From NCBI GenBank assembly GCA_030390025.1, contig CM059432.1, positions 98,024,001 to 98,088,000 of the forward strand: 64,000 bases of DNA. Reading direction: 5' to 3'. Source of the stretch: Squalus acanthias. Its lineage: Eukaryota. The translations under genes and the position numbers were made by a program. The notes below the pieces were generated by a model, which did not search any database, was not told the origin of the DNA, and saw nothing but the letters and a program-made list of their open reading frames with translations. Numbering within the stretch: the stretch's first letter is position 1; every line of letters starts with the position of its first letter. Shown piece by piece: positions 50,001-62,342 of this stretch.

Positions 50001-50965
50001 TCGAACCGACCTCCTTGTCCCTTTACAGGCCCAGACATGTTTTTAAAATGCCAAAACTTGATTTTTGGGCTTAAATTCCTTATGTTAGGCCCAAATGCAT
50101 TTTTATTACTCTGAGGTAGTTCCAAAGTCCTTTTTCCTTAGGTTTTGGGGATCTGTAAATTTTGGAAACCTTACAGGTACAGATTGTTGGTTGGTGAGTG
50201 ATGGGGGATGGGGTCATGCAATAAGCAGTGTGTGAGGCTAGTGGTGCAGTTGGTAGGAGACGGCTTTTGAAGATGCATTCACTGACCTTGACCAGTGGTC
50301 TGAGGTCATGAAGCTTCTTTGGGCACTGGAGCCAAGTGGTGGGGGCGACACTGCTGGCAGTGACAACCTCGGTGATCTGGTCCCACATCGTTCTTTCTGG
50401 AGGGCCTCCTGGCCCCTGTGGGTAGTGGACCTCTCTTACAGTGTTGACCCCCTGCACAAAGCTTGAGTGCTGCGTACGAGGCCCTGGGAGCTCCTTCCCT
50501 GGCTTGTTGAGCCATTTGTGTTAGTGCTGAAGCAATTTTCCCATTTTTTGAGGCTCAGAAGGGAATTCAGCTTTAAGAGCTGAAGACTTCCATTTGGGAC
50601 ATTTTTCTAATGTTATTTTTTTTTAAAGGCAGTTAGGGCTGCAAACTGCATTTTTTCACTTCATTTTAATTTTTATTAGTTCTCAGTGCATGGCCCTTTT
50701 AATTCATTGCCCTTTAATTAGCCACAATTCCTTGCGAACTCCATAGCCTTGTTTCCAGAGGCTGTTAGAAGCTGGAACACCACTTCAGGACGGGAACTTC
50801 GACTTGCATGCCTGCAGTAATGCCACCAGGAGGATGTTACACAGTAAGTTAGCGCTGGGCTAAAAATCTTTAGCCCCCAGCGCGAATTATTCCCTAGTAG
50901 CGCTTCGTCCATTTTCAGTGGCTGTTAACCAGCAACTCTTGTGGTGACCATGAATTTTCCCCCCC
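47092..50965. mobile_element. Non-autonomous Harbinger-type element, copy 3 (inverted relative to copies 1 and 2)
   Basis: TIRs gggctaaaattc / gaattttccccc; flanks ATA/TTA. Myb remnant MAQQAREGAPRASYAALK...WDQITEVVTASSVAPTTWLQCPKKLHDL on minus (50515-50287); GAR tract on plus (47700-47830). Confidence 0.82.
48553..50175 (-). mobile_element. Probable solo LTR (1623 bp)
   Basis: TGTAGG...CCTTACA termini; splits the host sequence gtttggt|acagattg with GGT duplicated; minus-strand AATAAA at 48703-48708; about 125-bp tandem duplication at 49465-49715. Confidence 0.75.
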
Positions 50966-51389
50966 TTAGACTTGAAATTGACAAGACTTAACTTTCTGTG
51001 GTGAGTTTAGTTCGTATCTACCGCGCAAATACAGCAACTTCATGCCATTCAATGCATTTCAATGGTGAAGCAGACAGTGAGATGTTGTTTTCGTGACCTG
51101 GACAGCAACTTTTGGGTATTCACATTTAACCATGGATCTGTTCCTCGCCTGAAGTTGCTGTCCCATTTATGCATAAATAACGGCGAGCGCCATTAGCCTC
51201 ACCATTACTTTGACAGCAAAATCTGGTCCATTGCTTCTGTTTCATTACTTGACTGAGATGATCTGTTACATCATTCCACTCATGCTTCCTCTCTGGGTTC
51301 ATCTGTTTTTGTGTGTGTGTGCACATATATATATTCCTCCCTTATTTTTCTGATTGTATTGATATGCCTAACTGCTTATTTTTCATTTT

Positions 51390-51500
51390 TGAAGAAACAT
51401 TAACGTGTCTGTTCTCTCCACAAACGCTGATTGACCCACTGAGTGTCCAGCACTTTTTTTTGTTTCAGATTTCCAGTATCTGCAGTATTTTGCTTTTCAC
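51390..51500. repeat. Penelope-derived short repeat, half copy
   Basis: gaaacattaac...ctctccacaaacgctg...ttcagatttccagtatctgcagtattttgc. Confidence 0.6.
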
Positions 51501-52634
51501 TTGGCTAAAAATAGTACTTGCCTTAAATCTGATGGCATGTCTATTAACGTGTGATCAGAAGGCTTTTGATTCTGACGTGAATAAATGACTCAGGACACAT
51601 GTAGATCAGAACAGTTCAATACCAGTCATTTTCAGGGGGTGTTCTCTCAATCTCCAGCCATTAACGTCATTTCTCTGGGGTTTCTGCTGATCTTCCTCCA
51701 AGGTTACATCAAGCGGTTGGGAAATTCTATCCACAAATGTATTACTGGAAACAACTTTAACAACCTTTCATTTATACAGCTTCTACTAACTGTTACTGCA
51801 AGGCATTCTCTTACTTCTGACCTCTGATAATCGGACTGTGTTTCTCTCTGATAGTAAACATGGAGCAGATCAATACATTAGACTGACAACACAGTATTCA
51901 ACTGTAAAAAGGCTGGGTGTCAGGGATTCATTTAGCCTTTGTTTGAGATGGAGTGACCAATGCAGAGGGGTTGGGGACTCGTTATACTGGGATTTCCAAC
52001 ATCCATAGCCACTCAGAGGCTTGGCAGATCTATGGATAATGGTAGTCCAATAAGAAGAGTTGGTGGAGATTTAGGCTAACGTTTGTTGTCCAGGGGCTCT
52101 AGGCTTGGGATGTGCCCTGGACCCTCAAAGAGGATGGAAGGGGAAGAATTTTAAAACATTTTAGAATGGCTACCTTGGCACATTTGAACATTTCTGGGGG
52201 GACCTGACACCATTTTCCACCGGCCACCAACACTGGGATTGTGGCCCACAAAATTTCTTTAAAGATACAGAACTTGCAAGAAATCTTTAAATATGTGGAT
52301 CCATTGCCTCACACTTTTAGTATCCCACTGATTTAATGGAGACATCCTGGGCCAATTTGTTATAAATTTCACTGTGGAAACCAAATCACTTGCCATAAGG
52401 CATAAAGAAATCTTAAAACTTATGTATTTGTTAGACTGTAAGGATTTTTTTTTGTTTTCAGTCCTGCTGGACAGAGCTTCGCAGACTATCTGGAGTCAGG
52501 ACAGGGCCATCTAATTTTAATGATTCTGCCAGGTGCTCACATCAGTATGGGTACATCTTGGATGCCCACTCGAGGTGGGAGGAAGATGCAGTACTGCATG
52601 GCAGCATGGGGCTGCCACTGGTGGGCCTGCATTG

Positions 52635-52908
52635 GAAAAAAAAATCTGGAAATAAAAAGTTGGTATCAGTAAAAGTGACCATGAAGCTGTCGGATCATCG
52701 TAAAAACCCAACTGTCCTATAGGGAAGGAAACTGGCTGACCTTACCTGGTTTGGCCTATATCTGACATCAGTCCCACACCAACATGGCTGGCTCCTAACT
52801 GGCCTCTGAAGTGGCCTAGCAAGCCATTCAGTTGTGGTAACTAGGGATGGACAGTAAATTCTGGTTTTGGCAGCGACGCCCACATCCCGAGAATGAATTT
52901 AAATAAAA
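52635..52908 (+). mobile_element. SINE 3' part with a tail shared with non-LTR family B
   Basis: Non-coding body ending in agggatggacagtaaattctggttttggcagcgacgcccacatccc plus an A-rich tail, matching 37949-38014. Confidence 0.7.
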
Positions 52909-55589
52909 CACTGCAATATATTAGCAATTTTAACGTTAACAAATGTGATCTTGGCTTGATAAGCTGATAACTCAAATCCACACGTGATGTACACATCTGA
53001 TACAGGTTACTTGGTACAGAAATTCCATTATAATAAAGGCTGACACTGTATTACAGTGCAGATTAATTTTGTTAAATTTAGGACATATCTATTTTCTAAT
53101 GCCAAAGCTAATGTAGATATCAGGAAACAGTACCTCTTTTTATTTATCTGCTGACTTTATTGCTTTATTGATTATTTAAGAACTTAATGCGAAAGATTTT
53201 AATATTGTGACCGTGCTTCAATAATGCAATTGGGAAACAGTAACTGCAGAGCTACCACCAAAGAATAACAATTATGAATTCATTATCCCTTCTTTAGAGA
53301 TCTCGAATCAGAGCGTGGAACGTACATCACACTGTTAAATTCCCTTGTGGACAATGTTAGCATTGCAACTCTATCTTCTGCTACTGACAGTCAGGATAAT
53401 GAGGTTGCTCGCAGCAAGTCCACCTGCAGTGCATTGCTGAAGATCATCAGTAGTGAGGATGAAGCAGTACAGCATGCTATTACACAATCAACATTAAGAA
53501 CCTAAGACCATATTTTCTCTTTATTCAAAAATAAGTTAAATGTCTTTTTTTCTTGCAGATTTTAATGACTTGCTGAATATCGTATTAATCATGTATTCTA
53601 TGATTTACATCATATGTTACATCAACATGCCCAAACATACTGAATGAGTACATGTACTTAATAATTCATATGTCAGTAGAGTCTTATTCATTCCACATTC
53701 TCAACACACCGCAAGTGCCTGTGCCTCAGTGCAAGGCAATTGAAATCCTCCTGGATTGGCATGTAGAGCACTTGCCTTGTCTCCACTCCCTGGAGGTGGG
53801 CCCTTCACCCTACTGAGGAAGCATCTGTAATTATCCTGAGATGTGGAGGAGGGTAGCGTTTCCTGCAGAAAATTGCTCTCCTGTGCCTACCAGATGAGAT
53901 TGCAAGCTGATGATCCTTATTGGGAAGGATGAAGGTGGTAATTGAGGGTACCACTGTCTGAGCAGATGCAGTTGAAGGATCTTTATGAGTAAGTAGGCAT
54001 TGGATACCACATCGTCAATCCTGTAAGTAAACAAAGGCTTGATAGAGTCCTCACACAGGGAAATGAGCAACTAGCTGAGGATCCTGAACTGATTCATTCT
54101 GAGAAATACTGAAAGGAAGTGGAAATCAGCTGGGATTTCTTGCTGTTGATCAGGAAACACTGCTTCTCTGTGATACAGAAGACACGTTGAACAGTTTCAG
54201 CAATCTGATGAGCTGGTCATCCAGGTAGAGGTATACATGGATACTGTGAATCGGTATTTTTAAAAATACCAGTGAAACTGATAAATGATCAGATGATAGG
54301 ACCTTGTATTCATTGATTATTTTCTCTCAGAATGAAGTACAGTATCTTCTGGTGTCTCTGCTGAATTATATGGAAGTAGGCATCTTTCAGGTGTATGGCA
54401 TTTAGCCAATCCCTGGGCTCATCAACTGAATGATTTGTGACCATTTTGTTGCTCTTCAATGGTTCAAGCCCCGAGTTCCAATAACAGGTGCAGTCCTAAT
54501 GATTTCCTGGGAACCACAAAATATGTTGAACAAAACCCTGGTCACTCTTGCTTCAGGCAAACACTCTCGACTGATGTTAACAGTTTGCTTGTCTCTGCAG
54601 ATAGTGCTGATAGCTCAATATGTGAATGGTTAACTCCAGGAATCAAGCATCCAATGCTATTAACCTTCAGTCCAATGAGAAATACTGATACCAACTGCCC
54701 ACCCAAGAATCCATGAGATGGGAGGCCTGGCAGAGTCACTGAAAAACAGAGCCTCATGCAGTTCCCTATTGGAAAATTTAAGAAAGGACTAGGGCAATAG
54801 AATGGTCTACAATTTAAGATTTTTAAACCTCACTGGCACTGCCAAAAGGACTATTGCCATGAGATTAATTGCTACTATCTATCTTCGTGACATGAAATAC
54901 TTTTGATAAGAATCTTACCTTTAAACAATAAGTCTGGACGTGGTTTGAAGGTTGTGATAGAGTTTCTTGAAGAATTGCATCATGTTTCAATCTGACCTTC
55001 AAAGATATCGTTCCAATTCAAGGAAATTTCATAACTGTCAATGGAATTTCCCTGGAAGCAATGCCAAGCCAGCCCATTGCAGGCAATATCAAAGGATATG
55101 TGTCTGGCCTCTGAGTCAATGGTATTGAGAGATGCTTGTTGCTGTATTGTGATGCCTTTAAAATGATCTTCAGCAATGGAAGAGGATTGAGGTCAGCCTT
55201 GACTATGGCTGAGACAGAGTTGCATGAAACTTCTCTGGTGAGTCTGATGATAACTCACACAAATTGAACTTCTGGGTGTACAGACATCTGCCGGTGACAG
55301 ATTCATACTCAGGAAGTTAGGAGTTTGAACACAGTAGAGAGGATTTTCCAAAATGGGACAAAGGTTGAAGAATTACTGTAGAATTTATAATAATTGTTAC
55401 ATTTATATAACAATATATGAATTCCAGCAAGCCACAAGAAAGTTTATAGCCCCTGTCAACACATGAGCTATGTTGAGCAGTCATGTACCTGCACACAAAT
55501 GGCAGTAAAAGGTGGTATGGCTAAATTGAATGAATGCTCATCTGCACAGCACTCTGCCATTGTTTAGTGAGTAACATCAATTGCAACTG

Positions 55590-57327
55590 TTCTCAACATT
55601 GACTCCAGACCCCAGGAAGTCTCATGGCTTTAGGTCAAGCAAGGGCAAGGAAACCTCCGGCTGATTAACACCTACCGCACTTCCTCAGCTGATGAATCAG
55701 TACTCCTTCATGTTGAACACCACTTGGAAGAAGCCCTGAGGGTAGTAAGGGCACAGAATGCACTCTGGGTCAGGGACTTCAATGTGCATCACCAAGAGTG
55801 GCTCGGCAGCACCACAACTGACCAAGCTCGCCTAGTCTTGAAAGACAGCTGCCAGTCTGGGCCTGAGACAGGTGGTGAGAGAAACAACACGAGGGAAAAA
55901 CCTACTTGACCTCGTCCTCACCAATCTACCTGTTGCAGATGCATCTGTCCTTGATAGTATTGGTAGCAGTGACCACTGCACAGTCCTTGTGGAGATGAAG
56001 TCCTGTCTTCTCACTGAGGATACCCTCCATCGTGTTATGTGGCACTACCACCATGCTGAATGAGATAGATTCAGAACAGATCTAGCAGCTCAAAACTGGG
56101 CATCCATGAGGCGCTGTGGGCCATCAGCGGCAGCAGAATTGTATTCCACCACAATCTGTAACCTCATGGCCCGGCATATCCCTCACTCTATCATTACCAT
56201 CAAGCCAGCAGACCAACCATGATTCAATGAGGAGTGTAGAAGAGCATGCCAGGAGCAGCACCAAGCATACCAAAAATGAGGTGCCAACCTGGGGAAGCTA
56301 CAACACAGGACTACATGCATGCTAAACAGTAGAAGCAGCATGCTATAGTCAGAGCTAAGCGATCCCACAACCAACGGATCAGATCAAAGCTCTGCCGTCC
56401 TGCCACATCCAGTCGTGAATGGTGGTGGACTATTAAACAACTTGCAGGAGGAGCAGGCTCCATGAACATCCCCATCCTCAATGATGGCAGAGCCCAGCAC
56501 ACAAGTGCAAAAGACAAGGCTGAAGCATTTGTAAACATCTTCAGCCAGAAGTGCCAAGTGGATGATCCATCTCGGCCTCTTCCTGAGGTCCCCACTATCA
56601 CAGAAGCCAGTCTTCAGCCAATTCGATTCACTCCACGTGATATCAAGAAATGGCTGAGCGCACTGGATACAGCAAAGTCTCCGAAAACATCCTGGCTGCC
56701 TTGCTGAAGACTTGTGCTCTAGAACTAGCCGTGCCTCTAGCCAAGCTGTTCCAGTAGAGCTACAACACTGGCATCTAGCCGACAATGTGGAAGACTGCCC
56801 AGATATGTCCTGTCCACAAAAAGCAGAACAAATCCAATCTGGCCAATTATCACCCCATCAGTCTACTCTCAATCATCAGCAAAGTGATGGAAGGTGTCGT
56901 CGACAGTGCTATCAAGCGGCACTTATTCACCAATAACCTGCTCAGTTTGGGTTCCACCAGGACAACTCGGTCCAGACCTCATTACAGCCTTGGTCCAAAC
57001 ATGGGCAAAAGAGCTGAATTCCAGGGTGAGGTGAGAATAACTGCCCTTGACATCAAGGCAGCATTTCACAGAGTGTGGCATGAAGGAGCCCGAGTAATAT
57101 TGAAGTCAATGGGAATCGGGGGAAGACTCTCCACTGGCTGGAGTCATACCTAGCACAAAGGAAGATGATTGTGCTTGTTGGAGGCCAATCATCGCAGCCT
57201 CAGGACATCGCTGCAGGAGTTCCTCAGGGCAGTGTCCTAGGCCCAGCTATCTTCAGCTGCTTCATCAATGACCTTCCCTCCATCATAAGGTCAGAAGTGG
57301 AGATGTTCACTGATGACTGCACAGTGT
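55590..57327 (+). mobile_element. Non-LTR family B, endonuclease-to-RT part, 3' end missing
   Basis: APE-like DFNVHH, TRGKNLLDLVLTN and SDH; RT motifs NYHPISLLS, GVPQGSVLGP and MFTDD; many stops. Confidence 0.9.
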
Positions 57328-57625
57328 GGGGTCCCACTGAACTGGACAATGGAGGAGAGGCATTAGAAGAGGATGGTGTGGTCATCTATGTCAGAGACTG
57401 CAAAAAGGTCAAGGAGGGCAAAGCGGGATAATGCACCATGGTCACAGTCACAGAAGGTGTCATTTGTGACTTTAGTTAGTGCCATTTTGGTGTTGTGATA
57501 GGGATGGAAACCTGATTGGACAGACTCTAACATGGAGTTGCCGGAAAGATGGGCACAAATTAAAGGAGCAACAATGTGTTCAAGGGTTTTGTGTCGGAGA
57601 GGGTATGAAGTCGGGTATTGGAGAG
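57328..57625 (-). mobile_element. L2 RT fragment
   Basis: QSGFHPYHNTKMALTKVTND...LLDLFAVSDIDDHTIL. Confidence 0.8.
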
Positions 57626-58205
57626 GATGTGGGTTTTTTATAATGCAGACAAAAGAGATCATTTTGTGAAATTGCATTCCCAGCAGCGAGCCTCACCCAC
57701 CGTGAGGATGTATTAAAAAACCATGGGGGGTCATGCCCACAATTTTCTGATATGTTTTACTGGTGGATGAGGCTTTTGCACTAGGAATGTCCATTTGTAA
57801 AATTAGCCTTCGTAGGTGCAGGTGTAGGAGTGTCTCTTATGACTCCTCCCACAGGTGGTTTGAACGCTTTTTGGGGTCCAAACTGGAAGAGGCAATCCAG
57901 GCCTGTTTCCACTTGTTTCAAGAATGGGCGCAGATGACCATTAAGGGGTGGGGATTCAGAGATCTAATAGACATATACAGCATTCTGTTGTACATAATTA
58001 AGTGTGCTTTAAGAGGAAATGCATGGAGAAGCACAGGAGCAATCAGTTGCCACTCATGTCAGCAGCAGTTCTGTGCCATCACATAGCACTGCAGAAATAA
58101 CTGCAGGCTCTGCCTCCAAAAGCAATGAGCCCACAACAATTGAAGCAAAGGAGACTCCTGGGTCTGATGCAAGTACATTAATGATTAGTTATAGATAAGG
58201 TACTA

Positions 58206-58960
58206 GGGGTTAGAAATTCAGTGCATTTGCGCCTCTCGTTAGCGCCCCCGGGGGCGGTAATGGGCCGCAAATGACTTTTCGCCCGGGTGCGGCACCGCTA
58301 ACAACTCCCGCTAAATTCAGCGGGACTTTAGTGGCGGCAGTAACAGGTAGCGCTCCGCTCCGCTGCGCAGGCAATGACGACGTCATCACCATGCGCAGCG
58401 CCCCGTTTTCGCCCCACCTGCAAAATTGGCCTGCGCCCCCTGAATCTGCGCGGGTGATGACAGCGACTGATTCAGGGGGCGGGAACGGAGCGGTAGGAGG
58501 CTCACAGGGCGATAAGTAAAGGGAAGGTGGTAGGCGGGGAAAAACAAAATCGGCTGACGTACTTGTCGCGGGCCATTGCCTCTTTGAACGCGGGGTCCGT
58601 GCCGCGATCTGGCAGCCCGGCACTCCTCTTGAATGCCGGGCTGCTGGCACGGCGCTTCGCTCCCCTGTGGTCCAGGTAGGGCCCCGCAGAGTTGTGGGCT
58701 TGGGCCCTCCCCTTTAATGAGGGGAAGAGCCCTTCCATGTGGCAGCGTTACATGGCCCAGTCCGTAGTGCTGCAGAACGCACTGCCTCGATATTTGAGGT
58801 TAGTGCTTTAAGAAGGCAGCACTTGAATTAGCGCTCCACCTCCCTCTTGGGGCGCTAAAACTGAATTTACCAATCGGCAGCGCTATTTTTCGTCGGGCAC
58901 TAAATTTAGCGCCCAGGCAATGTTAGCGACCCAAAATGGTCACTAGCAAATTTTTCCCCC
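58206..58960. mobile_element. Harbinger-type MITE (GC-rich)
   Basis: TIRs ggggttagaaatt / aaatttttccccc; left arm homologous to 11543-12005. TSD is unclear. Confidence 0.75.
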
Positions 58961-59520
58961 TATATCTTCTCAATCCCATGGAGCTTGCCAGTTGGCTGAA
59001 TGTTCTGCTTCCTCAGCTAAGGGAACACTTCAGAACATACGAAACCTCAGAGTGAGAAAAGCTCATTTGGCCCTTGAAGTCTCAAATTTAGAAGATGGCA
59101 GGTGAATTAGCAGTTTAGATTTAACTATTTTACGCAGAGGATGGTGAATGTGTGGAATGGATTGCCAAAGGTTGCAGTGGGGATTGATTGCATCAGCAAA
59201 ATAAAGAGAGAGAGGGATAAGTACCTGGAGAACTATTCAAGAGAGGGCGTATCATATCATGGGAAATGATATTTCCTAGACACTGGGGCCGGCCAAATGG
59301 ACTGCAATAGCTTTCTCTTGCCCTGTATATTGCTATTTTCCAAAGTCCATTCCATTGTTTACACCTAGAAAACCCTATTGTACGGAAGACTAGGGGGATT
59401 TTCAATTCCAGGCCACCTATAAAAAAATGGTTGACGAGCAGAAGAAAGTCTGGTGGGGACCTTGTACACCCATTTGCCTGATTAATTCAATTTTTGGGCA
59501 GGCCTTTAAATGGGCACTCA

Positions 59521-61567
59521 GGGCTAGATTTTGCCGGCACTCAGAGGGTGGGTTTGGAGGCGGGTCCGCTGTCAAAATAGCAAAGATTGACAGCGGGTAG
59601 GAAAACCGTTGTCAACCCACCTCCACGCGAGTCTCCCAGGTGTCGGGTCTGTCAGCGGAGACCTGACCTGACACTAAACGGCAGGGGAGACAATTGAGCT
59701 CTTTAAATGGCCCTAGAAACTATCTCACCTTGCTCCTCTAATTGCTTCCACGCTCAGCCCCAACACTAACATCAGTAGGCAAACCAGCAGCACCAACAAC
59801 AACACCAACATTCTCCGCCATCGCCTGATGCTGCACAGGACACAGGGCATCAGCACCTGAACACATTGCTGCCCGGGAGGCCAGCGATGGCTTCACCATG
59901 GCCAGATTTACTTCATTTGATGCTGTAAACCCTGGCTGCCACATGATGCGCCAGATTGACACCATCCCACACCAGCACCGTAAAGCATCCCTTTATTTTC
60001 CAAGCCATCCATGCACACTCATCACTATAGTGGGGGCGGGGGGAAGTTATCTCTCAACATTTACTGGAACTCACTAAGACACTTCTCAAGGTGCGCACAG
60101 ATCTGTCCAATAAGGGGCAGTGTTGAAAATATAGATTTCACTGTTTGACAACACATTACCAGGAACTTCACATGGACATTGGCTAAACCTCTCAAGTGCG
60201 TGTTAGTTGGTATGCTTACAGTAGGATGAGGGTGAGTGTGAGGGGTGGTTAGTGAGATGTGGAAGTGATAATGTAGATAGAGAGGGATGGGTGGAGATGC
60301 AAGGTAAGTTGGTGTGAGTAAAGATGTGCAGGAGTAGGGTATGGAAGGCAGAGTGATGGTGATGTGTTGAATGGCACAGCAGGGTGAGCTTGAGTGTGGC
60401 TTTGCAGTAACGTTTCATGATCCACTGAGATCACTGAAAGGTTTGCGCCACTGCAGCCTAGGACCCCTGACAACATTCCTGCTTTTGCCCTCCTGTGCAA
60501 TGTGCAACCATACTGCGTTGGTATCCTGGGGAGGTCTCTTCCGCCCTTGGAAGGGAAGAGAACCTCCCTGCATGCTGTGTCTCCCTCCATAAGCATATGG
60601 AGGGAGTCATTGGAGAGCCTGGGTGCAACCGTCCTCCTTTGTGCAGTGCTCGTCAGTGTTTGCAGCACCTCAATGCTGTAGAACACTGACAGCACAACTG
60701 TCAAACTCAATGTGGCCATGGTCCCTTTAAGGAAACCGGCTGATGATGTGTCATCAAATGACGTAATTAGACCCACTTCCTGTTATTTAAAAAAAAAATT
60801 GTTTATGGGATGTGGACGTCGCTGGCAAGGCCAGCATTTATTACCCATCCCTAATTGCCCTTGAGAAGGTGGTGGTGAGCCGCCCTCTTGAACTGTTGCA
60901 GTCCGTGTGGTGAAGGTACTCCCACAGTGCTGTTAGGGAGGGAGTTCCAGGATTTTGACCCAGCGACGATGAAGGATCGGCGATATACTTCTAAGTCAGG
61001 ATGGTGTGTGACTTGGAGGGGAATTTGGAGGTGGTGGTGTTCCCATGCACCTGCTGCCCTTGTTCTTCTAGGTGGAAGAGGTCGCGGGTTTGGGAGGTGC
61101 TGCCGAAGAAGCCTTGGCGAGTTGCTGCAGTGCATCTTGTAGATGGTACACACTGCAGCCACAGTACGCCGATGGTGGAGGGAGTGAATGTTTAAGGTGG
61201 TGGATGGGATGCCAATCAAGCGGGCTGCTTTATCCTGGATGGTGTTGAGCTTCTTGAGTATTGTCGGAGCTGCACTCATCCAGGCAAGTGGAGAGTATTC
61301 CATCACACGCCTGACTTGTGCCTTGTAGATGGTGGAAAGACTTTGGGGAGTCAGGAGCTGAGACACTCGCCGCAGAATACCTAGCCTCTGACCTGCTCTT
61401 GTTGCCACAGTATTTATGTTAATTGGCCGGGCAGCTCGCAGGGCAAGCTTAACAAGGCCAATCAAGGGAAAATCATTTTGACAGAGCGGCTGCAGCCGGG
61501 AGCAGGACTGGAACCCGGCAACCAGCTATCCCGCCACCATCCCGACACCGCTGAGAAAATCCAGCCC
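59521..61567. mobile_element. Harbinger-type element with a Myb remnant, interrupted by a LINE fragment
   Basis: TIRs gggctagatttt / aaaatccagccc with a perfect TSD TCA; minus-strand VAPRLSNDSLHMLMEG...REVLFP at about 60400-60660. Confidence 0.85.
60788..61418 (-). mobile_element. Non-LTR family B 3' fragment
   Basis: ORF 60851-61465 (YKAQVRRVMEYSPLAW) and the shared 3' tail. Confidence 0.9.
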
Positions 61568-62342
61568 TCAGTATTTCCAACCAAAGCAAGTGGGAGGCTG
61601 TTTAAGTAGGAAAATTGAGCTTTCTATGTTAGTTTTAGGACCCTGATTACATTTTTCATGGAGAAATGGGTGAAGCATGCGAAGTGCATGTTAGTCCCAC
61701 TTTTTGCAAGCATTGGGAAGCCTAACCGAGGCCGCTCCAACGCGGTACATTTTTCTTTTTTCAAGATTTCTGTGAAGCCAGGAGGATCTCTCAAATCCCG
61801 ATCCTGACTTTCACTGACGGCTCTGGCACAAAGCACGATTCGCACGATTTGCACGATTTGTTTTTAAAATCGCGTCCGGCTCCAAATTACGTTATCGGAC
61901 CCCGAATTTTGAATGTAGATGAGTGACCTGGCGCCCTGGGGTGGGCACCTTCCTCGCGACCTGAATATTTGGGGTTAAAATGGTAGCAGGCATGAACGCG
62001 TTGGGAACGCAGCAGGTAACGCTCGACCGCCATTTTAACCCCCGCGCACAACGTTCCTGCTGGGAAGGCAGGGTTAAAATCAGGGCTCAGCTTTTAATGA
62101 AGCCTGAACAAGCAAAAGATTTTTCCCTGCTAATTTACACGAATCCCGATTAGGATGGAAGCCTAAGTTAGAGCAGTGGTAGAAATGAATGGTCTTACTG
62201 CTTTCTACAGGTCTTCCACTTCTGTTTATTCACATCTAATTCTTTTTCATCAAGGTTAACATCAGAAGGACAGTGCTAGGTGTTTGAAAACAAAAACGGA
62301 CTCAAACCCTTCAATTTGTCATATTTGTAGGTTGGAGATCAA

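Larger units (their letters stand above)
46591..51229. mobile_element. Outer Harbinger-type MITE (about 760 bp without the nested inserts)
   Basis: Termini gggccatcatttgc / gcaaaatctggtcc; flanks AAT/ATT. Confidence 0.65.

Noticed and set aside
58210..58650. GC-rich ORFs and CpG-island-like patches (also 4260, 11574-12125, 36242-36697, 62343)
   Set aside because: All lie within TIR/TSD-bounded MITEs; the ORFs reflect stop-codon scarcity, not host genes or promoters.
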